Below, in pieces: positions 34,088 to 45,282 of a stretch of 64,000 nt of DNA; the first letter of the stretch is position 1; each line of letters begins with the position of its first letter. The stretch comes from Pachysolen tannophilus NRRL Y-2460 (lineage: Eukaryota), in the NCBI GenBank assembly GCA_001661245.1, contig KV454013.1, positions 145,005 through 209,004 of the forward strand. Direction: 5' to 3'. Position numbers and translations under genes: made by a program. Below the pieces are notes generated by a model. It was not told the origin of the DNA and made no database searches. It worked only from the letters and a program-made list of their open reading frames with translations.

Positions 34088-34397
34088 TATTTTTCATTTT
34101 GTGATTCCATCTTGTTGAGTTTTATCAATTTGTTTTTTCATACATGTATTTTAATTATTTTTTTTTTTGGTTTTGAATGATTTGCTTTTTTTTTTTCTTT
34201 TATATATATATAGAAGTTTAAGTTAAGTATCTTTATAAAGTTGTAGATATTTAATAAGATTTTACAAACTTACAAGTTAAAAACATCATATATGTAGTTA
34301 ATTAACAAAATAATATCCATTAAAAGAAAAACACCCGTTTATAATATATATATATATTCCAAAAAAAATGATAATGATAAATTTTTTTTTCTTTTTT

Positions 34398-34721
34398 TTA
34401 AAACTTTAATGATTTAGAAGATTTCTTTCCCTTACCCTTATTAGCCATTGATTGTTTATACATATTGTGTCTTGAACCTCTCCAGCCAGCTGTACTTATC
34501 TTTTTTGGAACTTCATTTTTATTATCAATTTCCATCTTAGCATCATCATCATCATCATCATTATCATGATCAATTGTTTTTGAAGAATTTTGCAATATTA
34601 AATTTGCTTTAACTTTCAGAGCTATTCTTTCAGATCTTTCATCATATTTTTTTTGAAATTCTCCCTTTCTCTTAACCGACTTGGCCTTCAATTTGGATTT
34701 AGATCTCAATGATTTAGCCAT
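34398..34721 (-). CDS. Small basic nucleolar pre-60S factor, YBL028C/DUF2423-like
   Basis: MAKSLRSKSKLKAKSVKRKGEF, KKISTAGWRGSRH..YK and terminal LKF; RRPE motif upstream at about 34797-34810. Confidence 0.85.
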   Translation of the reverse strand: MAKSLRSKSKLKAKSVKRKGEFQKKYDERSERIALKVKANLILQNSSKTIDHDNDDDDDDAKMEIDNKNEVPKKISTAGWRGSRHNMYKQSMANKGKGKKSSKSLKF

Positions 34722-35197
34722 ATTTCACCCAATAGATCTATGATAACTAATTATTAATAAAGTAATTTAAGAGGTATTAATTAATTTAACAAATTCAAAA
34801 ATTTTTCACTCCAAAATTTTTTCTTTTCTTTTTTTTTTTTTTTTTTGTCTTTTTATCTTGCATAAATAAAGTTACACAATAATTTTAAATTAACTTAAAC
34901 GAAACTTTCCAAAAGGCAGAGAGAGATAACTACTGACACAGGTAAAGAATTAGATATCTGATAATTCTACTCTACTCTTGTACTCTTGTACTCTTGTACA
35001 CTTAAACGTTCGCACGTACTTACGCACGTACAGTAAAGACATTTATTTTTTTCTCTCTCACAAACAATTCAATGGGCTGGTCTGGGCTGGGCCAGAAAGG
35101 GCAAATTTCTGGAAAGTTTCTTTCCTGTGTTGGCAGGGGGAAAAAAGAAAAAGAAATTTTTTAATTTTTTTAATTTTCTTAATTTTTTTAATTTTTG

Positions 35198-35216
35198 GAA
35201 GGGTTTATAGCCCTAA
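35198..35216. promoter_or_regulatory. Tbf1-like near-palindromic site upstream of RPL19
   Basis: GAAGGGTTTATAGCCCTAA resembles the TTAGGGCTATAGCCCTAA Tbf1 element of Candida-type RP promoters. Confidence 0.45.
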
Positions 35217-35498
35217 ATTGAGAAACATAATTTTTTTCTTTGGGTCATTAAATGGCCCAATTTTTTTGTGACTGTGATTTTCTGTGTTATATAAAAACCC
35301 AATTTTTTAAATGTTTTTTTGTTGTTGTTTTGCACTACTTTTGTGATTTTTTTTCATTTCAAAAAATTTTTTTTTTTTTAATTTTTTTTTCCTTTTCTTT
35401 GCAAAAGAATCCCGGTAAAAAGCAAATAAATTAATTAATACTAATTTTTTAATTTTACTTCTTTTTTGTTGTTTAAGTAGATAATAGTTAAATCAGAA

Positions 35499-36477
35499 AT
35501 GTAAGTTAAGATATATCAAGATGAAATTAATGGAACTGATGGGGACAGAGTAAGAAGATAGAAAGAGAAAGAGAAAGAATGGTTAAATGAATTTTTTTTT
35601 CATTGTAAATCCACCTGTTTGATTCAATAATAATAAAAATAAAAATAAAATTTTTTAAAGAAAAAAAAAAAAAAAAAAAGGATTGGAATAGATTAATTTT
35701 ATTTTCAATTGTGGAAATGTTATTCATTGATGGATTGAATATAGATACTTTTTATTTTAAAAGAGTTTGATTGTTGAATCTTCTTGTTTTTTTAAGTCTC
35801 CATTAAGTGTAATTAAATTTCAAATTGGATTTGCGAATTAATTTTTTCGCTTTTCTTTTTTCTATGATGATGTACTAACAATTTTTTTTCTTTTTTCTTT
35901 TTAATATAGGGCTAACTTACGTACTCAAAAGAGACTTGCTGCCAGCGTCATGGGCGTTGGTAAGAGAAAGGTTTGGTTAGATCCAAATGAAACCACTGAA
36001 ATCTCACAAGCTAACTCCAGAGCTGCCATTAGAAAATTATACAGAAATGGTACTATTGTTAAGAAACCAGTTACTGTTCACTCAAGATCTAGAGCTAGAG
36101 ATTTAGCTGAATCTAAACGTGGTGGTCGTCATACCGGTTACGGTAAGAGAAAAGGTACTGCTGATGCAAGAATGCCTTCACAAGTTTTGTGGATGAGAAG
36201 ATTAAGAGTCTTGAGAAGACTTTTAGTCAAGTACAGAGCTGCTGGTAAAATTGATAGACATTTGTACCATAAATTGTACAAAGAAGCTAAAGGTAACACT
36301 TTTAAGCACAAGAGAGCATTAGTTGAACATGTTATTGCTGCTAAGGCTGAAGCTGCTAGAGAAAAGGCTCTTAAAGAAGAAGCTGATGCTCGTCGTCTTA
36401 AGAACAAGGCTGCTAGACAAAGAAGAAACGATAGAGTTGCCGCTGAGAGAGAAGCTGCTTTTGCAGATGAAGAATAA
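35499..36477 (+). CDS. RPL19: 60S ribosomal protein L19 (eL19); spliced, join(35499..35500,35910..36477)
   Basis: Start codon split AT|G by an intron: GTAAGT at 35501, TACTAAC at 35873-35879, TAG at 35909; gives [28 protein letters not shown]. Confidence 0.97.
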
Positions 36478-36988
36478 ATTTATTGTAACTAATTTTTATT
36501 TAAAGTTATTTTTTAATTTTTTTATTTTTTTAATGCTAAAGAAGTTGTAGTTAGTTGAAGAGGAGGAGAATTAATTTAAAACTAGAAAGAAGAATAAAAG
36601 AAACAAAAAAAAGAAAGAAAAAAAATTTTTTTGCAAACAGAGAGTTTTATATTCTTTTCTATTTTCCTTTCTTTCTTTCTTTTTTTTTTTTTATTTTAAT
36701 TAGTTTTCAGTGGGTGACGGAATTTTCATTATCTTGTTATATCGTTTCATATTATTATGATTTTTCACTTTTGTTTTTCTTAAAAAATTATAATATAGGT
36801 TTTCTTTGGAATTCTAATATATATTAAACCATAATATTGATTTCTATTATTCACAACATCATCTTACTTTAAGTAAAAAAAAATCAAACAACAGAAGAAC
36901 AGTAAGTTAAAAAAGAAAAAAGAAAAGAAAAAAAAAAAAAAAAAAAAAGTTCACAATAACTTATACTTTTAATATACACTTGACTTTA

Positions 36989-39661
36989 TCAAGTCCAATA
37001 ATCATACTTTTCACTTTTTAGTACCGAATCGCTACCATCTTTATCCATAAAGTAAGCATCGCTGGCAGAATTTTGAACGTCCTTATTTAAATCAATTTCG
37101 TCATCAGAATCACCTGGATCTATAAAACCTGTAGTTGTACCACAAAAATCATCAGCATTAACCCCCATGTAGTTACCCATATCTGAAGCATAAGTATTGA
37201 ATCCTGTACTACCCCCACTGCCAATAGGATTCATTACCGATGATCCGTCAATAGTATTTGGCATCACATTATGCACTGAATAAATATTGGAGGTAGATTG
37301 TGCAGAAACATTGCCACTATAATGAGTTAAGTCATCCTCTTGGCTATAAATTAATGTTTTCTGTGACATGGTAGTTGTCATTGCTGCAGGGATAGTCGTT
37401 GTAGTATATTGTTCTTGATATGATGCTGGAATACTATTTTGAAGATTAGAATTATTCTCAGTATTCTCACCTTGATAGTGAGAAAACTCCTCCTCATTAA
37501 ATCTATTTGCATCTGAATCCTTGAAAGATTGAAGACAATCGTTGTTAAAGTGTTGCTGCTGCTGTTCTAGCTCTTGCTGCCCTTGCTCTTGCTGCCCTTG
37601 CTGTTGCTGCTCTTGCTGTTGCTGCTCTTGCTGTTGCTGCTCTTGCTGTTGCTGCTGTTGCTCTCGCTGTTGCTGTTCATGATCATAATGGTCATGACCA
37701 CTGCGATGATTGCTAATATTTTTAGTTTCAACTTCCCTAGGTAAATGAATCTGTCTAAAAGTGGCAATATTGCCAGCATTATCATCCACTTTATTGAATT
37801 CCCAGAGTAAAATCGATCTAATGTCTAATTTATGTAATTGAGACAATTTTGTTAAATTTCTATCATCATAAAAAGCTTGCATTGATCCAGCTTTAAAAGG
37901 ATTATTAAATATAACTTGTTTAATAGTAATACCTCTAATTGAAACTTTTAAACTTTGTTGAACTTCGGCCTCAATTTTAGACTTGGTCGATTCTTCATCT
38001 GATTCAGTGACATCTCCATCATTTTCATACTCTTCCTTAACAGAAGCAGCTGAAACTCTACGTAATCTTTCTGCTCTCTGATATTTTAAATCAGAAGATT
38101 TTTTCAAAATACTGAAAAAACTTTCCCAAAATTTAGGAGCAAATTTTAATTCCAGATTTATATTTTTAAAATGAACATTATTTTTTGTACATTTAATAGT
38201 AAGATCATCAAATAATGATAAAACTTGTCTTCCAAAAGAATAAACTATTGTTAGACATGACCAATTATTATCAGATATAGGTAAATCTGCCAAATTAATA
38301 TTTATATTAGTTTCATAATTCCCACCAATTAAGTCATTATTCAGGAAATCTGGTAACGAAGTATTAACCAATCCATGTAAAATTGGAATTTCATAATCTT
38401 TATTAGTTTCATTTTTTTGTATTTCTTTTTCCCAATCAGAAACAATAAATAATTCTGGGAATCTCTTTGATAAATTTGCATTTTTTTTAATTCTTAAAGG
38501 TGATTCAAAAAAATTTAAAGTTTTCAATTTTGAAAAAATATGAGATTTAAATGGTTCTTCAATATTAACATATGTGAATTGAAATTTTCTTAAATCAATA
38601 GCAACTTTTGTTAAAATTTGAGTTCTATTAATATCATGATTTAAATGAACAGGTGAATCTTCATGAATATCAAAACGTGATGAATTACTTGGTGAATGAT
38701 CATAATTTATTTTCAATTTTTTATTCTTATCGCTACTAATTAACGAAACTGGTGTAACTGGTGTTTCAGTTAAAGGTGATTGTACAGAATCAATATTACC
38801 ACCACCAATAGATTTTTGGAAAAAAATTTTACCAAAAATTTCATTAAATTTTTGAGGAGCATTTGGATCTAAAGGACCTTTTGTTATTAATTCAATTAAA
38901 TCTGGATCTTTATTAAATTTTTTAATAACTTGAATATGAGAAGATACTTGTTTTCTTGCTCTTAATTTACCAGTCTTATAAAAAATAAAATCAGAAATCA
39001 ATTCATTTCTACCACATGATTTACCGCTAAGTTTTATCTTAGTTAATCCCTTTTTCGGAATAACACTTAACGCCTCAGCAAATGCCAGTTCAATATCTTC
39101 TGACCAAATTGAACTATTCTCTTCTTCATTTTCGATATTATGGGTATTATTATTATTAATAATGTTTGGAGAGAATGAATTTTCCTTATCATCAGAAAGT
39201 GATGATGACGGTGTAGTAAATGAATGAAATGAAGGAGTAATTGGTGATAAGTTTAATTTTCTAAGTTTCGAAGGTCTTCTAATACTTGAAGGCACATCAA
39301 AATGATGTCTCTTATTCAATCCATTACCTGATAACAGTTGTAAACTTTGTACACCTGAAGGATGTTGTAATAAATGGAAATTCTTTGATTTATTCAAACT
39401 ATTACCTTGTAATTTAACCGGAGTTGTGAATTCATTTGAATTTTGTTTTAATTTTTTAGTTTCATAAACTTGATAAACTTCTCTTCCAGTAGTATTATCA
39501 ATGGAAATATCCACAATCATTGGAAGTCTACCACTTGACGATGATAAATTTTCATTTTTCACTGAAGAAATTGGGGGAGTCATTGCCATGGGAGAAGGTA
39601 ATAAACTTCCTTCTCCACTGATGCTACCGCTGTTACTGCTGGCTGATGGAGTAGATGTCAT
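36989..39661 (-). CDS. TEC1: TEA/ATTS-domain transcription factor (Tec1-like)
   Basis: IWSEDIExAFAEAL...GRNELISDFIFYKTGKLRARKQVSSHIQV TEA domain; first ATG at 39661; orthology to TEC1 itself not certain. Confidence 0.8.
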   Translation of the reverse strand: MTSTPSASSNSGSISGEGSLLPSPMAMTPPISSVKNENLSSSSGRLPMIVDISIDNTTGREVYQVYETKKLKQNSNEFTTPVKLQGNSLNKSKNFHLLQHPSGVQSLQLLSGNGLNKRHHFDVPSSIRRPSKLRKLNLSPITPSFHSFTTPSSSLSDDKENSFSPNIINNNNTHNIENEEENSSIWSEDIELAFAEALSVIPKKGLTKIKLSGKSCGRNELISDFIFYKTGKLRARKQVSSHIQVIKKFNKDPDLIELITKGPLDPNAPQKFNEIFGKIFFQKSIGGGNIDSVQSPLTETPVTPVSLISSDKNKKLKINYDHSPSNSSRFDIHEDSPVHLNHDINRTQILTKVAIDLRKFQFTYVNIEEPFKSHIFSKLKTLNFFESPLRIKKNANLSKRFPELFIVSDWEKEIQKNETNKDYEIPILHGLVNTSLPDFLNNDLIGGNYETNININLADLPISDNNWSCLTIVYSFGRQVLSLFDDLTIKCTKNNVHFKNINLELKFAPKFWESFFSILKKSSDLKYQRAERLRRVSAASVKEEYENDGDVTESDEESTKSKIEAEVQQSLKVSIRGITIKQVIFNNPFKAGSMQAFYDDRNLTKLSQLHKLDIRSILLWEFNKVDDNAGNIATFRQIHLPREVETKNISNHRSGHDHYDHEQQQREQQQQQQEQQQQEQQQQEQQQQGQQEQGQQELEQQQQHFNNDCLQSFKDSDANRFNEEEFSHYQGENTENNSNLQNSIPASYQEQYTTTTIPAAMTTTMSQKTLIYSQEDDLTHYSGNVSAQSTSNIYSVHNVMPNTIDGSSVMNPIGSGGSTGFNTYASDMGNYMGVNADDFCGTTTGFIDPGDSDDEIDLNKDVQNSASDAYFMDKDGSDSVLKSEKYDYWT
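37552..37677 (-). repeat. 15-nt Gln/Glu coding minisatellite in the TEA gene
   Basis: Tandem CAGCAACAGCAAGAG-type units encoding QQQQE / QQGQE. Confidence 0.85.
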
Positions 39662-40829
39662 TTCATTTAACAAAAAAAAATCAAATTTAATAAAAAATAA
39701 AAGTTCTTGTTTTTTTTCTTTTCTTTTCTTTGGGCGCTTAGTTATCAGATATCGTGATAACAATTTTTAAGCAAAAGGAGTGAATATAGTTAGTAAACTA
39801 GCAAAGTTAAAGAAGAAAGAAATACAAAAAATCGAAAAATTAAGCTAACCGCCGTTATGAGGATATCGCTTTAATTTAAATAATAAAATTAAAAAAAAAA
39901 AAAAAAAAGAAAAAGAAAAAAGAAAAAGAAGAAGAACACAAAATTTAATGGAATTCACACAAGTGAAAATAAAAATAAAAAAAAAAAACACTGAAAAAAA
40001 AAAGCTTTTAAAAAGTCTAATCTCAAGCCCAAACTCCAACTTCTCCTACTAGCCCGTGTACACTTTTCTCTATCTTTGAATATAGTTAGTTAATTTAGTT
40101 GTTCATAAACCTTTTAGGTAATTTTTAAAGTAATTACCACAGAAAATAGAGAAAAAACAGGAAATGAATTTAAGATCTTCAGATAATCAATTTTTCCTAA
40201 TGGCGTTATTAAAAATAAACGGTTATTAAACTTAACCGCCCTATATTCCACCACTCTTTATTAACAATCGATTGGTTCAAATTTAAAAAGAAAGAAAAGA
40301 AAAAAAAATTATATATGTATATACATTATAATAACTAAATGATCTTAACGGCTTTTTGTCCTTTACGTCCTCTAAATTTTCAGGTATCAATTCCAATATT
40401 TACCTTTTCACCTTTTCAGGGGCAAGACAAAATAAAGAAGCAAAATTTCATTCGCGTTCGCGCAAACTACGAGCTAAAAGGTACATAAATGCATATAAGA
40501 TACATGATGTTGCATGATGGAGATTAACCAAGATTGCAGTATTATTTATTTAAGAGCTAAATTGAGTGATTTCTGCCTCAATTTGAAAGAATTTGAGTAG
40601 AGGCTATACGAATTTAAAAATTTTTTTAGTTTAAAAACAAACTAAATTCGGAAAATTTTTAGTCTATTTATGTATATGCGGTAACCAAAAGAGTACAAAA
40701 CACGTCCCAAATTGAACATATGGGTACTATATATATATAATATATATAATATATATAATTTATACATACATATATATATACATATATATATATATATGTA
40801 TGTATATATAATTATTATTATTATTATTT

Positions 40830-43593
40830 CTAGTTTTCTTCGTCGTCATCGGACGCTAAATACTTGGCATAATCGTCGGCACTTGCAAATGTAGGTAAGT
40901 CTTTAAGCTTAGATTTTTTAGATTTTTTAGATTTCTTAACTTTTTGGTTATCATTTGGAATCGAATGCCTTGATCTTTTCTTACTAGTGGCGGCGTCACT
41001 AGTGCTTTCGATTTCCTCGGAAGATAAGCCATCCCACGCGTCATTCTCGTCAAGTTCAAGTTCCTCGCTATTGTATTCGTCGTCTGAATCGCCTTTGAAT
41101 AAGTTCAGTTCATCGCCGTCTGAAATTTCTTCCTCGGAAACTTCTTCTTCAAGAGCTTCTTCTTCTTCTTCTTCTTCTTCTTCTTCTTCTTCTTCATCCG
41201 AATCGCCAAATTCATCTTCGACTGCTCTTATGCTTCCTTCATCAAGTCCATTTTCATCTTCGTCGTCAGTCAAACCGTCCATCGAGAAATCATCAAGATC
41301 ACTAAGTTCATTATCCAACTCATCCAAATCAGAATCTGAACCGTCATTTTCAACATCAGGATTGGATTTAACCAAAGCACTCCAAACTTCATCGTCATCT
41401 AAATCACTGCCCTTCTCTTCTTCATCCGCTTCATCTGCATCAGCAGCTGCTTTATCATATTTCGACCTAGCAATCTTATCCTGCTTTGTAGAAAAATATT
41501 GGTAAAAAAATAATTCATCTGGATTAATTTCATCAGCTTTTTGCGAAAGCCAGTCTCGCGTATTAACTGGAATCTCCTTATTACCAGAAACTGAAGTGGA
41601 AGTTGCTCTGACTAATAATGAACCAGTTTGAGTACCTCCTAAAGGTTGCATAATAGAAGAACCTCTAGTAGTTACCTTTTGTTTAGCATTTTTATAAACA
41701 AATTTATCCAAGAAATGTGATAATGTATATAAACCCAAATCAGGCTTATTAACTTCTTCGACTTCATTTAAAAAACTTTCGGCATAAAGAGAAACAGTTG
41801 GATGATAATATGTTAAAAATTGAAGAATTTCCCATAATGATGATTTATCCGCTTTTGAAAACCTTGGATCACGCAGTCTTGGATCATATTGCTCAAGTAT
41901 ACTATCTTTCTTAATATTAACATCTGTAGTTGAAATATCTTCCTTATCACTAGGAACATCTTTAAAATGCTCTTCTTCATCATCATCCTCGTATAATGCA
42001 TCCACAGGTGTATTTAAAAACATATTTTTAATGCTTGGAACATGCTTCTCTAAATTAATTAATAAATAAAGCATCCCACTAATTGAACCAACGTTTAACC
42101 AGTGAAGACAAATTTGACAAATTCTCTTCACAAATGAATAAATCCTAGTAACGTTAGTATCCTTTTTCAATGCTTTAAATAACAAGTTGAGATATATTCC
42201 TTGTTTTGAAGAACCAGCCAATCTTTGATCTAACAAAGACTCATATAAAGTTCTATAAAATCTGTCAGAATTCAAATTTTGACTTTCTATGACATGATAT
42301 ACCAAGACTAACGCTTGAATAGATGTATTAAGATTAGTTGAATGAGTTATCTTGAACAATGTATCCAAATGCTTGGTGAATACTTCACTTGGTAAATTGC
42401 TAAAAGGAAATGCACGGTTCAACCCGGTCAAAATTGCGGAAAACAATTTTGAATTTTTCTCTTCAACAACTTCCGCTTCAGTTTTATCTTGATTCTTTGA
42501 AGATTTTCCACCTTTTTTACCTTTCTTAAAATTTCTCTTACCTCTAAATTTATTATGTACTGATTTCTCTGTTGTTGTTGAATCATTGTTATGAACATCA
42601 CTTTCAACCAAAATTTTTTCAAATAGAGTGAAATATGTCTTAATTAACCCATTAGCTAAATCTTGTTCTCTTCTAGTTAAAATTGTCTGGTTCAATGCTA
42701 AGATAGAGTAGTATATTGCATGGTAGTCATTATTTTTCTTGAAAACAACATCAGTTATGGCATCAACAACTATTTTTTTCATCAGTGGGTGCAGTTGCTC
42801 TAGTTGCAAAAGCAAATATGAAGTTTTAGCTGAAACTTTGTTGTCTGTATCACCTAATTTATTAACACCCAATCTTAAAAGATTAGCCTCTTGCTCAGGT
42901 TTTGCTTTCAATAAATCAAATAAATGGTTAACAACATTCATTTTGACATGTACAATTGGATCATGAGCCAAGATTTCCAAGATTCCAATAAATTTGAAAT
43001 ATAATTTTTTCATATAATCTTCGAAATAAAACAAAGCTAATTCTTTCTTTCCTAAAGACATTGATAATTGTTGTTTATTAAAATATCTCAATTTTCTATC
43101 TGGTAATACACCATTTGTGAATAAATCTTTAAGAGCATTAATACTTTGTAAAGCAGCAGTTCTAGATTTTTTCTCACACATTCCTAATAAATTGTCCAAT
43201 GCTTTAATGTTATGTAATGGTGCTTCTTGGATCAATAAAGTTAAAGCTGAAATTTTATCGTTCAAAGTACCACTTGTTAAAATTTGTGATAAGAAAGTTT
43301 TCTGTGAAGAACTTTTAGAAAATTCTTCGTAATAGTTTTTATTTTCTAAATCTATAACTTCTTTTGCCTTCAGGTATAATGTTTCAATTTGTTGTGGTGT
43401 TAATTCTTCTTCATCTACTAAAATTTTTTCAACATTAAACCAATCTGTTCTTGCAGGCACAATCAACCTATCACTAATAACTGAAGCAACATTGGTAATC
43501 TTGTTGTCTTTTTTAGCTTTGGATAAATCTACTTCTTTTTGAATGATCTCCGATTCTGATTCTGATTCTGACTTAGATGCAGTTGAGCTAGAG

Positions 43594-43624
<31 letters not shown>

Positions 43625-44150
43625 CTTCTTCTTCTTCTTCTTCTGCCTCTTCTTCTGCCTCTTGATCCTCCTCCTCAAGTTCTACATCTTCATCCGGAAT
43701 ATCTTCCAACTTAAACTTATTCAATCCGATATCTCTCATAAACTTGTTTAAATCATTTGCTAAATTCTTATCAGATTTCTCCTTTAAATCTTCAATATCA
43801 TCAAATTCTTGTTCACTTTGTTCACCTTCTGAAACACCTTGAATTAAATCTAAATCCTCTTCTGTCGCACCCAACGCCAAGGCTTCACGGCGCAATACAT
43901 CAGCTTCAGATTCTTCTTCTTGAGACACTATTTCCAGTTTCAGAGATTCAACCTTCTTCTCACCTTCTTCACCCTTATTTCCTTTTAAATTTTCATCATC
44001 ATTTTTCTTCAGCGTAGGTGTCTGCTTCTGCTTCTGCTTCTGTTTTTGTTTCTGTTTCTGCTTCTGCGTCACCTCCTTTGTACTAACCCCATGTAATTTA
44101 TTTATAACCTTATCCTTCAACGAGGATAAATTCAAAGAAAAAGAATCCAT
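40830..44150 (-). CDS. MAK21: Mak21/Noc1 60S biogenesis factor (CBF domain)
   Basis: SGTLNDKISALTLL, KPEQEANLLRLGVNKLGD, ILTGLNRAFPF, LSHFLDKFVYKN and LPTFASADDY motifs. Confidence 0.97.
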
Positions 44151-44224
44151 ATCGCTATGATGCTCTCTTTTATCTGTATGAATTAAATAAACTCAGTATA
44201 AATTATATATATATTGGCTTCTTC

Positions 44225-44303
44225 TTTACAGGTGAAAAATTTTTGGAAATTAAATTTTTTTTTTCTTTTTTCTTTTTTTCATATAAAAGGGAAAACTCAT
44301 CTC
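44225..44303. promoter_or_regulatory. RRPE plus PAC elements upstream of MAK21
   Basis: TGAAAAATTTTT at about 44233 and CTCATCTC (GAGATGAG) at about 44296; classic ribosome-biogenesis regulon pair. Confidence 0.65.
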
Positions 44304-45282
44304 TCACCTATTTCCCAAAACAGCTTGTTTAGTATCGGAGGCCACGCCCTTTTTTAAAATGTCTAGGGCGGTAAAATAATAGAAATAATACTAGGGCGGT
44401 TAATTAATACTTACAAAATATATAAAAAATCTTTTTAGAGTAGTGTATTTGCAGCCAAATGTTACAAAAGAGGATAATGTAAGATATTATGCATTTAATA
44501 TGCTTGAAGCTGCATATTAGATAACAAAATATCAATACGGTTGGATCACTTATTCATTAACAATAACAAGTAAAGATAAATAGATCTCTATATCTTGAAT
44601 TTATAATATTTGCATTCTATAGGTGGTTTCAAAGCTATGGAAAATTAAATTTTGAGTTAAAAAAAAAAATAGGTATCTTTTTTACTTTTTTGTTAATGTG
44701 GGGAAAGTATATAGCATGAATAATTATAAAACTAAAACAAACATTCAAGGTGTGGTTTCAAGACAAACATTATGAATTACTATTATTATGAGGTTTAACT
44801 TTTTTTAATTCTTTTAATGATTCCAAAATCACCATGCATGGTCTTCAAAAAAAAGAGAGAGAGAAAAAAAAAATGGATCTTTATGTAATGATTAACAAAA
44901 CATTAACAGAGAAAGCTTTAGGTGGTAGGCATCTTACACCACCGCCCATGAGTTTTAAAAAAATCTTTTAAAGTTTAGGAAAAGAAAAAATACTGCATTA
45001 GTCTCAGTGGTTATACCATCAAGTGGTTATAACACCAAACATTGGACTACATTAATAAAAACTGCAAAAAGAAAAGAAGCAAATATGAAACACTCATTAA
45101 AACAGACGTAAATAAAGCTATCTAAAATCACACACAGGCAGCAAACTTTATCTTTTTTAAAATCCTCAAATCATTACCAAACCATTATATCACAAAAGAA
45201 ACGCAAAAAAATAAATTAAAAATAAATAAAATAAAATAAACTCCGAAGTAAAATAAAATGAAAATAATGAACCCCCAATCTA

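Noticed and set aside
35415..35480. Extra 5'-UTR intron before RPL19 (TACTAAT...TAG)
   Set aside because: No convincing donor; the nearest is GTAAAA
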